Shown here piece after piece: positions 13,920-25,560 of a DNA stretch of 64,000 nucleotides. Position numbers and translations under genes: made by a program. A model generated the notes under the pieces. It had not been told where the DNA came from, did no database searches, and saw only the letters and a program-made list of their open reading frames with translations. The number at the start of each line of letters is the position of its first letter. The first letter of the stretch is position 1. The stretch is from Malacoraja senta (lineage: Eukaryota), in assembly GCA_038087875.1 (NCBI GenBank), contig CM075987.1, positions 17,052,001-17,116,000 of the forward strand, read 5' to 3'.

Positions 13920-14239
13920 ATGTAATGAACCAGATTTGATAAGGGAACTCAAGGTAAAGGAACCATTAGGACGTAGCGACCACAACATGATGTTTTAATC
14001 TGAAATTTGAGAGGGAGAAGGTGAAATCGGATGTGTCCGTATTGCAGCCAAGCAAAGGGGACTACAGAGGCATGAGGGTGGAGCTGGAGAGGTGGAACAG
14101 CAATGGCAGGAATTTATGGGAATAATTTGAGGAAGGACATCCTTGTGATTGAGGCAGTACAGCATAGGTTCACGGGATTAATCCCTGGGATGGCAGGACT
14201 GTCATATGAGGAAAGATTGGAAAGACTGGGCTTGTATTG

Positions 14240-15069
14240 AATGAATGAATGAATGAATGAATACTTTATTGTCATTATAACATGTAAACATGTACAACGA
14301 AATTAAAAATGCCAACCAGTCAGTGCACCATTCACACATTATCTAAAAGCTAACGATACGTAAAAGAGAAATATCTAAAATAAACAACTAAAATAAATAA
14401 CATGAAAAAAACCCAAGCATAAACACACAACCATACATTCTTCTGTCGATTTCACAGTCCCTTTGGTGTGTAGCGCACCTGCGCTCATTTGGTGGCTACA
14501 TTAAGTGTAGTTATTGCTGTGGGATAAAAACTGTTTTTGAGTCTGTTTGTCCTTGTCCTCATTGTTCTGTACCGTCTGCCTGACGGCAACAGTTCAAACA
14601 GGGAGTGTCCGGGGTGGAAAATGTCCTTTATGATGTTCTGGGATTTTTTGAGACAGTGGGAACTGTGTAAGTTCACCAAGGTGAGGAGAGGGCAGCCGAC
14701 AATCTTCTGGGCGTTGTCAATAGCCCTCTGGAGCGCTTTCCTCTTAGCCACTGTGCAGCTGGTGTACCACACGCATACACAGTATGTTAAGATGCTCTCT
14801 ATGGAGCACCGATAAAAGGATAGCAGCAGTCTCTGGGTGATGTTGTTCTTCCTGAGCACCCTCAGGAAGTTCAGTCTCTGCTGGACCTTTTTCAGCAGCG
14901 CAGAGGTGTTCACGCTCCATGTCAGGTCCTCCTCAATGTGGATTCCCAGGAAGCGGAAATCCGCCACCCTCTCCACACAGTCCCCTCTGATGATTAGTGG
15001 TGTAATGTCCGTTTTCTTCTTCCTGTAATCTATTATGAGCTCCTTGGTCTTTGAGGTGGTGAGGAGCAG
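14240..15069 (-). mobile_element. Rex1-type LINE (continues at ~18530-18850, split by a CR1)
   Basis: FRFLGIHI, ESILTYC and LPSGRRYR motifs; upstream part has [11 protein letters not shown] and KFADDTTVVGLI; (ATTC)n tail. Confidence 0.88.
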
Positions 15070-15312
15070 GTAACAATCTCGGGATTACTGCCTGTACCAC
15101 GCGACAGTGAGAGTAGGAATGGAGCGAGGTGGAGGATAAATGCGTGGCTGAAGGACTGGTGCAGAAGGCAGGGATTCAAATTTCTGGATCATTGGGACTT
15201 CTTTTGTGGAAGGTTCGACCTGTACAAAAAGGATGGGTTGCACTTGAACCTGAGGGGGACCGATATCCTGGCGGGAAGATCTGCAAAGGCTACTGGGGAG
15301 ACTTTAAACTAG
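15070..15312 (+). pseudogene. CR1 ORF1 C-terminus, SGNH esterase-like domain (not in ORF track)
   Basis: Open frame VTISGLLPVPR...INAWLKDWCRRQGFKFLDHW...KDGLHLNLRGTDILAGRSAKATGETLN*; DGLH matches SGNH block V. Confidence 0.85.
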
Positions 15313-18300
15313 AATGGTTGGGGGGAGGGACTCAAATAGAGAATGCTATTAGACAGTGTGTGAGGCAGGAGGCAGAGAAGGAAAGCACTCAGACCCAACA
15401 TGTAGGGGGGAAAGAAGAAAACAATAATAAACAGAGAATAAGAGGTGGTGAGGTTCTTAAATGGGTGAGCAGAGAAACAGAGGGGTGTAAAATGCGGGCG
15501 GAAGCAATAGGTACCAAGGTGAAAGGTAAAAGTGGCAGGCAGACAAATCCAGGGCAAAAATCAAAAAGAGCCACTTTTCAACATAATTGTATAAGGGGTA
15601 AGAGCGTTGTAAAAACAAGCCTGAAGGCTTTGTGTCTCAATGCAAGGAGCATTCGTAATAAGGTGGATGAGTTGAACGTGCAGATAGCAATTAATGATTA
15701 TGATATAGTTGGGATCACGGAGACATGGCTCCAAGGTGACCAAGGCTGGGAGCTGAACATCCAGGGATATTCAATATTCAGGAGGGATAGAGAGAAAGGA
15801 AAAGGAGGTGGGGTAGCGTTGCTGGTTAGAGAGGAGATTAACACAGTGGAAAGGAAGGACATTAGCCTGGAGGATGTGGAATCGGTATGGGTAGAGCTGC
15901 GAAACACTAAGGGGCAGAAAACGCTGGTGGGTGTTGTGTACAGGCCACCTAGCAGTAGTAGTGAAGTTGGGGATGGCATCAAACAGGAAATTAGAAATGC
16001 GTGCAACAAAGGCAAAACAGTTATAATGGGTGACTTCAATCTACATATAGATTGGGTGAATCAAATTGGCAGGGGTGCTGAGGAAGAGGATTTCTTGGAA
16101 TGTATGAGGGATAGTTATCTAAACCAACATGTAGAGGAACCAACGAGAGAGCAGGCTATTCTAGACTGGGTATTGAGTAATGAGGAAGGGTTAGTTAGCA
16201 GACTTGTTGTGCGTGCCCCCTTGGGCAAGAGTGATCATAATATGGTTGAGTTCTTCATTAGGATGGAGAGTGACATTGTTAATTCAGAAACAACGGTTCT
16301 GAACTTAAAGAAAGGTAACTTTGAGGGTATGAGACGTGAATTGGCCAAGATTGACTGGCAATTAGTTCTAAAAGGGTTGACGGTGGATATGCAATGGAAG
16401 GCATTTAAAGACTGCATGGATGAACTACAAAAATTGTTCATCCCAGTTTGGCAAAAGAATAAATCAAGGAAGGTAGTGCATCCGTGGATAACAAGGGAAA
16501 TCAGGGATAGTATCAAAGCAAAAGATGATGCGTACAAATTAGCCAGAAAAAGCAGCATACCAGAGGACTGGGAGAAATTCAGAGACCAGCAGAGGAGGAC
16601 AAAGGGCTTAATTAGGAAAGGGAAAATAGATTATGAAAGGAAACTGGCAGGGAACATAAAAACTGACTGCAAAAGTTTTTATAGATATGTGAAGAGAAAG
16701 AGATTAGTTAAATCAAATGTAGGTCCCTTGCAGTCAGAAACAGGTGAATTGATCATGGGGAACAAGGATATGGCAGACCAATTGAATAACTACTTTGGTT
16801 CCGTCTTCACTAAGGAAGACATAAATAATCTGCCGGAAATAGCAGGGGGCCGCGGGTCAAAGGAGATGGAGGAACTGAGTGAAATCCAGGTTAGTCGGGA
16901 AGTGGTGTTGGGTAAATTGAATGGATTAAAGGCCGATAAATCACCAGGGCCAGATAGGCTGCATCCCAGAGTACTTAAGGAAGTAGCTCCAGAAATAGTG
17001 GATGCATTAGTGATAATTTTTCAAAACTCTTTAGATTCTGGAGTAGTTCCTGAGGATTGGAGGGTAGCAAACGTAACCCCACTTTTTAAGAAGGGAGGGA
17101 GAGAGAAAACGGGGAATTACAGACCAGTTAGTCTAACATCGGTAGTGGGGAAACTGCTAGTCAGTTATTAAAGATGGGATAGCAGCACATTTGGAAAGTG
17201 GTGAAATCATTGGACAAAGTCAGCATGGATTTACGAAAGGTAAATCGTGTCTGACGAATCTTATAGAATTTTTCGAGGATGTAACTAGTAGAGTGGATAG
17301 GGGAGAACCAGTGGATGTGTTGTATCTGGACTTTCAGAAGGCTTTCGACAAGGTACCACATAAGAGATTAGGATACAAACTTAAATCACACGGTATTGGG
17401 GGTTCAGTATTGATGTGGATAGAGAACTGGCTGGCAAACAGGAAGCAAAGAGTAGGAGTAAACGGGTCCTTTTCACAATGGCAGGCAGTGACTAGTGGGG
17501 TACCGCAAGGCTCAGTGCTGGGACCCCAGCTATTTACAATTTATATTAATGATCTGGACGAGGGAATTGAAAGCAACATCTCCAAGTTTGCGGATGACAC
17601 TAAGCTGGGGGGCAGTGTTAGCTGTGAGGAGGATGCTAGGAGACTGCAAGGTGACTTGGATAGGCTGGGTGAGTGGGCAAATGTTTGGCAGATGCAGTAT
17701 AATGTGGATAAATGTGAGGTTATCCACTTTGGTAGCAAAAACGGGGAAGGCAGACTATTATCTAAATGGTGGCCGATTAGGAAATGGGGAGATGCAGCGA
17801 GACCTGGGTGTCATGGTACACCAGTCATTGAAAGTAGGCATGCAGGTGCAGCAGGCAGTGAAGAAAGCGAATGGTATGTTGGCCTTCATAGCAAGAGGAT
17901 TTGAGTATAGGAGCAGGGAGGTTCTACTGCAGTTATACAGGGTCTTGGTGAGACCACACCTGGAGTATTGCGTACAGTTTTGGTCTCCAAATCTGAGGAA
18001 GGACATTATAGCCATAGAGGGAGTGCAGAGAAGGTTCACCAGACTGATTCCTGGGATGTCAGGACTTTCATATGAAGAAAGACTGGATAGACTTGGCTTA
18101 TACTCGCTAGAATTTAGGAGATTGAGAGGGGATCTTATAGAAACGTACAAAATTCTTATGGGGTTGGACAGGCTAGATGCAGGAAGATTGTTCCCGATGT
18201 TGGGGAAGTCCAGGACAAGGGGTCACAACTTAAGGATAAGGGGGAAATCCTTTAAGACCGAGATGAGGAAAAACTTTTTCACACAGAGAGTGGTGAATCT

Positions 18301-18427
18301 CTGGAACTCTCTGCCACAGAGGGTAGTTGAGGCCAGTTCATTGGCTATATTTAAGAGGGAATTAGATGTGGCCCTTGTGGCTAAAGGGATCAGGGGGTAT
18401 GGAGAGAAGGCAGGTACGGGATACTGA
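15303..18427 (+). pseudogene. CR1 ORF2 (AP endonuclease + reverse transcriptase), two frameshifts
   Basis: CLNARSI, GITETWL, MGDFN, SDHN; NYRPVSLTS, LDFQKAFDKV, PQGSVLGP, KFADDT; breaks near 17160 and 17745. Confidence 0.93.
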
Positions 18428-19342
18428 GTTGGATGATCAGCCATGATCGTATTGAATGGCGGTGCAGGCTCGAAGGGCCGAATGGCCTACTCCTGCACCT
18501 ATTTTCTATGTATCTATGTATCTATGTATTCTCTCCACGCCACCCTGTCAGCTGCTCCACCTCATCCCTGTAGGCGTACTCATCCCCCCAGAGATGAGCC
18601 CCACCACGGTGGTGTCATCCGCAAATTTGACAATGGTGTTACTGTGGTGGGCGGGGGTGCAGTCATATGTATAGATGGTGTAAAGCAGGGGGCTCAGCAC
18701 GCAGCCCTGTGGAGAGCTGGTACTGAGGCTGAGGGCCGTGGATGTGTGATGACCCACTCTGACTCTCTGACTGCGACCCGACAGGAAGCTCTTTACCCAC
18801 ATGCAGGTGGTGTGGAAGTCCCAGGTCCCCCAGTTTGTCCACCAGTTAGAAGGATGAGAGGGATCTTATAAAAACATAAACAATTATAAAATAACTGGAC
18901 ACGCTAGATGCAGGAAAAAATGTTCCTAATGTTTTGGGGAGTCCAGAACCAGGGGCCACAGTCTAAAAATAAAGGGGAGGCCATTTAAAACTGAGATGAG
19001 AAAACACTTTTTCACCCAGAGAGTTGTGAATTTGTGGAATTCTCTGCCATAGAAGGCAGTAGATGAATTTAAAAGAGAGTTAGATGGAGCTCTAGGGGCT
19101 GGCTCGAAGGGCCAAATGGCCTCCTCCGGAACCTATTTTCTATGTTTCTAATCCAGAAGATGCAGGATCTTTTCACTCCAAACAGGAAGAAAGATTCTAG
19201 GGGGAGAAAGAGGTGACCGTGGCTGACAAGGGAAGTCAAGGACAGTAAAAACTAAAAGAGAAGGCGTATAACATAAGTAAGATTAGTGGGAAGCCAGAGG
19301 GTGGGGAAGCTTTTAAAGAACAACAGAAGGTAACTAAAAAGG

Positions 19343-20445
19343 CAGCCTTCAATACGATAGTCCCCACCAGACTTGCTGAGAAGCTGCTGGAACTGGGGCT
19401 TAACATCCCCCTGTGTGCCTGGGTTCTGGACTTTCTCACCGCCAGGCCCCAGGTAGTCAAGATGGGAGGAAATACATCGAACACCCTTACCCTGAGCACA
19501 GGATCCCCCCAGGGTTGCATCCTCAGCCCCCTACTGTACTCCCTGTACACACATGACTGTGTGGCTAGGTTCAGCTCCAACTCTATAATCAAGTTTGCTG
19601 ATGACACTGTGATGGTGGGCCTGATCTCCGATAACAATGAGAAGGCCTACCGGGAGGAGGTGGCTGACCTGGCACAACAGCCACAACAGTCAGGACAACA
19701 GCCTCCTCTTGAATGTCATAAAAACTAAGGAGCTGATTGTGGACTTTAGAAGGGCACAACATCCGAGGACGTACACGTCACTGGAGATAAATGGGGCTAC
19801 TGTGGACAGGGTGAGCTGCTTTAAATACCTGGGAGTCCCCATCACACAGGATCTGACATGGACATCACGCTGTCGCACTAGTGAGTAAGGCAAGGCAGCG
19901 CCTTTACCACCTCAGGCAGCTGAGGAAATTCAGAGTCTCTCTGAGGATCCTTCAGTGCTTCTACTCTGGGGCTGTAGATAGCATCTTGTCCGGCAACATC
20001 ACAGTCTGGTTTGGGAACTGCTCTGCCCAGGACAAGAAGGCACTATGGGAACTACACTCGTCCCCCCTGCAGGAACTATACATTAGAAGGTGCAGAACCA
20101 GAGCCAGCAACATTATGGGGGACCCCTACCACCCCAGCAACGGACTGTTCCAGCTGCTACGGTCAGGCATACACCTCCGCTGTCACGCTGTGCAAACAGA
20201 GAGGATGAAATGGAGTTTCTTCCCACAGGCCATCAGGACTGTAAACTCTTATCTCACCAGGGACTAACTTGCTGTACCAATTTACTGTTGGGTTGTGTCT
20301 TTTTTAAATTGCTGATTTTTTTCTAATATGTAAATACTGGTTCTGTTCTATTCTGTTCTGTTTTTGCACAATCCGCAGGCATTGCCACTTTCATTTCACT
20401 GCACATCTTGTATGTGTATGTGACAAATAAACATGACTTGAGATG
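19343..20445 (+). mobile_element. Rex1-type LINE fragment
   Basis: [18 protein letters not shown] and KFADDT motifs; AATAAA...GACTTGA tail. Confidence 0.88.
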
Positions 20446-20559
20446 AAATACGAAGATAAGCCAGCCAATAATATAAAAGAGGATAGCAAAGAGTATATAA
20501 AGAGTAAGAAAGAGGCAAGAGTCCCGTCAAGCACCCATCATATGTTAACCCCACATCCA

Positions 20560-20965
20560 CTCCATCCAGGCCTTTCAATATTTGGTATGTTTCATCCTTC
20601 TAAACTCCAGCGAGTACAGGCCCAGTACCATCAAACACTCATCATATGTTAACCCATTCATTCCTGGGATCATTCTCGTAAACCTCCTCTGGACCCTCTC
20701 CAATGCCAGCACATCCTTCCTCAGATTTGAGGCCCAAAACTGCGCACAATACTCCAAAGGCAGTCTGATCAGCGCCTTATAGAAACTCAGCATTACATCC
20801 CTGTTTTTGTATTGTAGTCCTCTCCAAATAAATGCTAGCATTGTGTTTGCCTTCCGTATTACCGATTCAACATACAAATCAACTTTTTGGGAATCCTGCA
20901 CCAGCGCTCCCAAGTCCCTTTGCACCTGTGATTTCTGAATTCTCTCCCCATTTAAAAATAGTCTA
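20560..20965 (-). mobile_element. CR1 fragment
   Basis: QRDLG and LERVQRRFTRMIPG motifs. Confidence 0.85.
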
Positions 20966-21039
20966 CACCTTTAGTTTCCTGAAGCTGAGGACCAGCCCGT
21001 TCATCTTGCTGACATTGGAGGAGAGCTTGTTGTCTTGAC

Positions 21040-21475
21040 ATCATGTTCTCTATTTGTTGCTGTACTCACCCCATCAGTCGTCGCAGACAACATATAATCC
21101 TCCGACGTTTTCGCCACCTCCAACGGAATCCCAACACTAGTCACATCTTCCCATCTCCACCCCTTTCTGCCTTCCGCAGAAACCGTTCCCTCCGCAACTC
21201 TCTGGTTAACATCCCTTCCCTCCCCAGGTACCTTCCCCTGCAACCACGGAAGATGCAACACCTGTCCCTATACCTCCTCCCCTCGACTCTGTCCGGACAG
21301 TCCTTACAGGTTAGGCAGAGGTTCACTTGCATCTCATCCACTGTATCCGTTGTGCAAGATGTGGACTCGTACATCAGCGAGACCAAACGCAGACTGGGCG
21401 ATCATTTTGCTGAACACCTTCGCTCAGTCCGCCTGGACCTACCTGATCTCCGAGTTGCTGGACACTTTCATTCTG
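21040..21475 (+). mobile_element. Penelope-like element, Cys-linker and GIY-YIG fragment
   Basis: AFRRNRSLRNSLV, PGTFPCNHGRCNTC (shifted frame) and YISETKRRLGDHFAEH. Confidence 0.85.
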
Positions 21476-22449
21476 CGTCAAGTCCTGGAAACATCCTCAT
21501 AAATCTTCAATGAAATCTTTCTAGCTTAACATTTCCTATGACATGGTGCCCAAAACTGAACACAATACTCCAGATGTGGCCTCACCAATGTCTTGTACAA
21601 CTGTAACACAACCTCCCAACTTCGTCACTCACTACTCTGACTGTTAAAGGCCAATGTGCCAAAAGCCTTCTTTGACCACCTTCAAGGAACCATGCACCTT
21701 CTCTAGATCCCACTGCTCCACAGCACTCCCCAGAGCCCTACAATTCACCGTGTAGGTCCTGCCCATGTTAACTTCCCAAAATGCAATAACTCACACTTTT
21801 CTGTATTAAAAACCATTCCTCAGCCCACCTGACCAAGATCCTGCTGCAATTTTGATAACCTTCTTATCAAGAAGGCAGAGATATTAATCTAATTAATCAA
21901 GTACTCATCTGTTTTTACTGAGAAGTTCATGGAAGCTCAGGAATTGAGGCAGAGCAGTTGTGATTATATAACAATTGCTAAAGAGGTTTTATAGTGCAAT
22001 GGGGTGGATAAATCCCCAGGCCTAACTAGGTGCATCCTTGGACCCTGTGGGAAGGGTCTCAGACTATCTTTGATCAGACTTTACTGGCTTTAGCTTGTCC
22101 TAAACATTATTCACATTCTTCGCTTTATCATGTATCTGTACACTGTGGACGGCTCGATTGTAATCATGTATTGTCTTTCCGCTTACTAGTTCACACGCAA
22201 CAAAAGCTTTTCACTGTACCTCGATACACATGACAATAAACTAAAGTCCTAGGAATGAGTAGAATATGAGAACGAGCTGTTGACGGCACTGGGCCTGTAC
22301 TCGCTGGAGTTTATAAGAATGAGGGGGGGATTTCATTGAAACGTACAGAAATAGTGAAAGGCTTGGATAGAGTGGATGTGGAGAGGATGTTTCCACTGGT
22401 GGGAGAGTAGGACCAGAGGTCATAGTCTGAGAATTAAAGGATGTTCTTT

Positions 22450-22970
22450 TAACATAGAAACATAGAAAATAGGTGCAGGAGGAGGCCATTCAACCCTTCA
22501 AGCCAGCACCACCATTCATTGTGATCATGGCTGAACATCCACAATCAGTAACCTGTGCCTACCTTCTCCCCACATCCCTTGATTCCACTAGCCCCAAGAG
22601 CTCTATCTAACTCTCTTTTAAATTCATCCAGTGGCCTCCGCTGCCTTCTGTGGCAGAGAATTCCACAAATTCACAACTCTCTGGGGGGGAAATGTTTTTA
22701 TCATCTCAGTTTTAAATGGCCTCCCCTTTATTCTTAGACTGTGGCCCCTGGTTCTGGACGCCCCCAACATTGGGAACTTTTTTCCTGCATCTAGCTTGTC
22801 CAGTCCTTTTATAATTTTATATGTTTCTATAAGACATCCTCTCATCCTTTTAAATTCCAGTGAATACGTCTTTCCAATCTTTCCTCATATGTCAGTCCCG
22901 CCATCCCGAGGATTAACCTCGTGAACCTACGCTGCACTGCCTCTATAGCAAGGAAGTCCTTCCCCAAAAA
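22450..22970 (-). mobile_element. CR1 3' end
   Basis: RTRGHSLRI and QRVVNLWNSLP motifs, 3' UTR and tail. Confidence 0.85.
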
Positions 22971-23524
22971 AGGAGATGAGGAGGAATTTCTTTAGTCAGA
23001 GGGTGGTGAATCTGAGGAATTCTGTGGAGGCCAAGTCAGGGGATATTTTTAAGACAGAGATAAATAGATTCTTCATTAGTACGGGTGTCAGGGGTTACGG
23101 GGAGAAGGCAGGAGAATAGGGTTACGAGGGAGAGATGGATCTGCCATAATTGAATGGCAGAGTCGACTTGATATGCCAAATGGCCTAATTCTGCTCCTAT
23201 CACATGACCTTGAAAAGTCAAACTAAACTCAAACTCAAGCCAGGGGGGTTAAGTTCCGGAAGGCTGGATGGGGGCTAATGTTGTACCATTATTTAAGAAG
23301 GGCAGCAAGGACAAGCATGGGAACCACAGATTCCTGCCCCACCTTCATCGATCACCTTTATCACCTCATCAAAAATCTCTAGCAACTTCGACACGACCTG
23401 CCGTGTACAAAGGCACGCTGACTGTCCCTAATTAACCCATTCTCCTCCAAATGGGAGTAAAGCTTATCCCAAAATATCCTCTCCAATAGTTGCTCTACCA
23501 CTGACGTGAGGCTCACTGGCCTAT

Positions 23525-24184
23525 AATAAGCGAGTTCAGTATTCTGAAAAATGCAAGGAATCATGGGATTTGTCAAAGGTCACTCGTGATAAACATTCTC
23601 GGCAGATGTGCTGGTGCATGGATACAGACCTGCGTTTCATCCGTAGTCAGGATCGAACCCGGGTCTCCGCGGCTGCAAGCGCTGTTGAATTGCTACTGGG
23701 CCGTCCCCGTCCCCTCCCTACTGTTCCATCCCTGTCAGGGGGCGGCCGGAGATGTCCGAGGTGACTCGAGACTGACTGGACACCGGCCCGGAGCAGTGGC
23801 GGTCCAGGCTTACAGCCAGCGCGGAGAGGATGTGCTAACTCCAGCTCAACTCTGCCCCGCCGGGTAGCCCCGGACTGACAGGACACTGGCTTCAGAGCAG
23901 TGGAATTAGCGCTTCTTCTCCGCACCGGCTGTAAGTCTGGGCCGCCACCGCAACGTCACCCCGGACATCTCCGGCCGCCCTCGGACAGGGATGGGACACT
24001 CGGGAGTGGACGGGACGTTCCAGTAGCAATTCAACAGCGCTTGCAGCCCCGGAGACCCGGGTTCAATCCTGACTACAGATGAAACGCAGGTCTGTATCCA
24101 TGCAGCAGCACAGCTGCCGAGAATGTTTATTACAAGTGACCTATGACCTGGGCATGCGCAAGTGGAATACTGAACTTGCTTATT
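23525..24184. mobile_element. Fold-back (palindromic) MITE-like element
   Basis: 20-bp outer TIR (19/20 match) and ~260-bp inner inverted arms (23577-23843, 23899-24142). Confidence 0.8.
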
Positions 24185-24523
24185 CTTTTCCTGGCCACAT
24201 CATTTTAGTCCTTCTAATTGCCTGCTTGAGTTCTTGCCTTCTTTCTTTATATGGATTATGCGCCGGTAGATAAGGGTCGGTCTTGCCATCAGTTTTGTCA
24301 CAGACATGGTGTGCTGTACTGTTCTGTTTCATTTCTAACTGTTTCTGATGAAAGGTCTTGGGGAAAAACAACCGTTATTTGTGTTTCTGTATCCATTGTT
24401 CTTGCCTGATCTGCTGAATATTTCCCTTAAGTTCTGTAGAAGTCATGGCTGATTAATTTTTGCCTTATTCCACCTTTGCTTATATTGTAACTATGCTTTG
24501 CTCTTGTCCTTCTCTTTGCCAAG

Positions 24524-24668
24524 GAACTCCACTTTGGCTTGTAATACTGCTGGTACTCATCCTGGTTCTGCTTATCGTGAATGGAATCTTGACGTTATTC
24601 ATATGCAAGAAGTGGCGTAGATCTGTTTCAAGAGCAACAATAGCTACTGTCGTCTAGAAAACTTTGAG
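24524..24668 (+). CDS. Orphan exon encoding a transmembrane helix and stop-transfer of a probable type I membrane protein
   Basis: Polypyrimidine tract + AAG acceptor, GAG|GTAAGT donor, phase 1 start; TPLWLVILLVLILVLLIVNGILTLFICKKWRR. Confidence 0.65.
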
Positions 24669-24691
24669 GTAAGTTGTCATTCAATGCACAA

Positions 24692-25095
24692 CAGTTTAGA
24701 AGGATGAGAGGGTATCTCATTGAAACATATAAGATTGTTAAGGGTTTGGACACGCTGGAGGCAGGAGACATGTTCCCGATGTTGGGGGAGTCCAGAATCA
24801 GGGGCCACAGTTTAAGAATAAGGAGTAAGCCATTTAGAATGGAGACGAGGAAACACTTTTTCTCACAGAGAGTGGTGAGTCTGTGGAATTCTCTGCCTCA
24901 GAGGGTGGTGGAGGCAAGTTCTCTGGATGCTTTCAAGAGAGAGCTAGATAGGGATCTTAAAAATAGCGGAGTCAGGGGATATGGGGAGAAGGCAGGAACG
25001 GGGTACTGATTGGGGATGATCAGCCATGATCACATTGAATGGCGGTGCTGGCTCGAAGGGCCGAATGGCCTACTCCTGCACCTATTGTCTATTGT
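24692..25095 (+). mobile_element. CR1 3' end
   Basis: FFSQRVVSLWNSLP motif, 3' UTR, TATTGTC tail. Confidence 0.88.
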
Positions 25096-25299
25096 TTTAC
25101 TAGCGTACTAGCCAAATGTCTGTGCACTACTTTTGATCGGCCAATATTCTGGTGCAGATCTCGGAAGAACAAAGACTGCACCCCTTCCTCCCTCCCTCAC
25201 TCCCCATCCCCCGTGTTCCTCCTCTACCTGCCCCCTCCCCATGCCTTGTTCTAGTATCTTTGCTCCCTCCCTGTCCCTGTGTGTGTGTGTGTGTGTGTG

Positions 25300-25560
25300 T
25301 GAGTGAGTGCTGCCGCTGGGCGCGGCGCTGCTGTGGGAGTTTGAGGCGTGCCGGCGTTGCCTCTTGCACACAGTGAGTGAGTGAGTGTGACGGCCGGGCG
25401 GCATTGTGGTTGGCGGCGGGGCGGAGGCGGCCTGCGGACCGGGCCGGGAGCGCGGGAGCCGGGGGAGCGGGAGCGGTAGCAGGAGCTGGTCGGTCAGTCA
25501 GAGCGCCACACACACGGCCCTCGCATTCCCACAGCACGCACTCACTCACCCGGTTGTTGA
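25300..25560. promoter_or_regulatory. CpG-island-like segment, candidate MOGS promoter/non-coding exon 1
   Basis: CpG-dense, GGGGCGGAG GC box, tandem GTGAGT donor-like sites at 25373-25386; MOGS ATG exon has a splice acceptor, implying an upstream exon. Confidence 0.4.

Larger units (their letters stand above)
15070..18529 (+). mobile_element. Young CR1 LINE: ORF1 end, nearly intact ORF2, 3' UTR and tail
   Basis: Esterase-type ORF1 end, APE and RT motifs, (TATCTATG)n tail; nearly identical to the copy at 54029-56136. Confidence 0.95.

Noticed and set aside
15129..15302. N-terminus of the 680-aa ORF
   Set aside because: GTG start in an alternative frame of the ORF1 esterase region; not a credible initiation site
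17758..18150. Recurrent antisense ORFs (NLLCTPSMA...)
   Set aside because: Antisense shadows of CR1 ORF2, repeated only because the LINE is repeated
18430..18529. Conserved hairpin AAGGGCCGAATGGCCT found throughout the window
   Set aside because: Expected CR1 3' UTR stem-loop, not a new ncRNA
24040..24080. Possible tRNA gene (GGTTCAATCC)
   Set aside because: SINE-type B box; no cloverleaf evident
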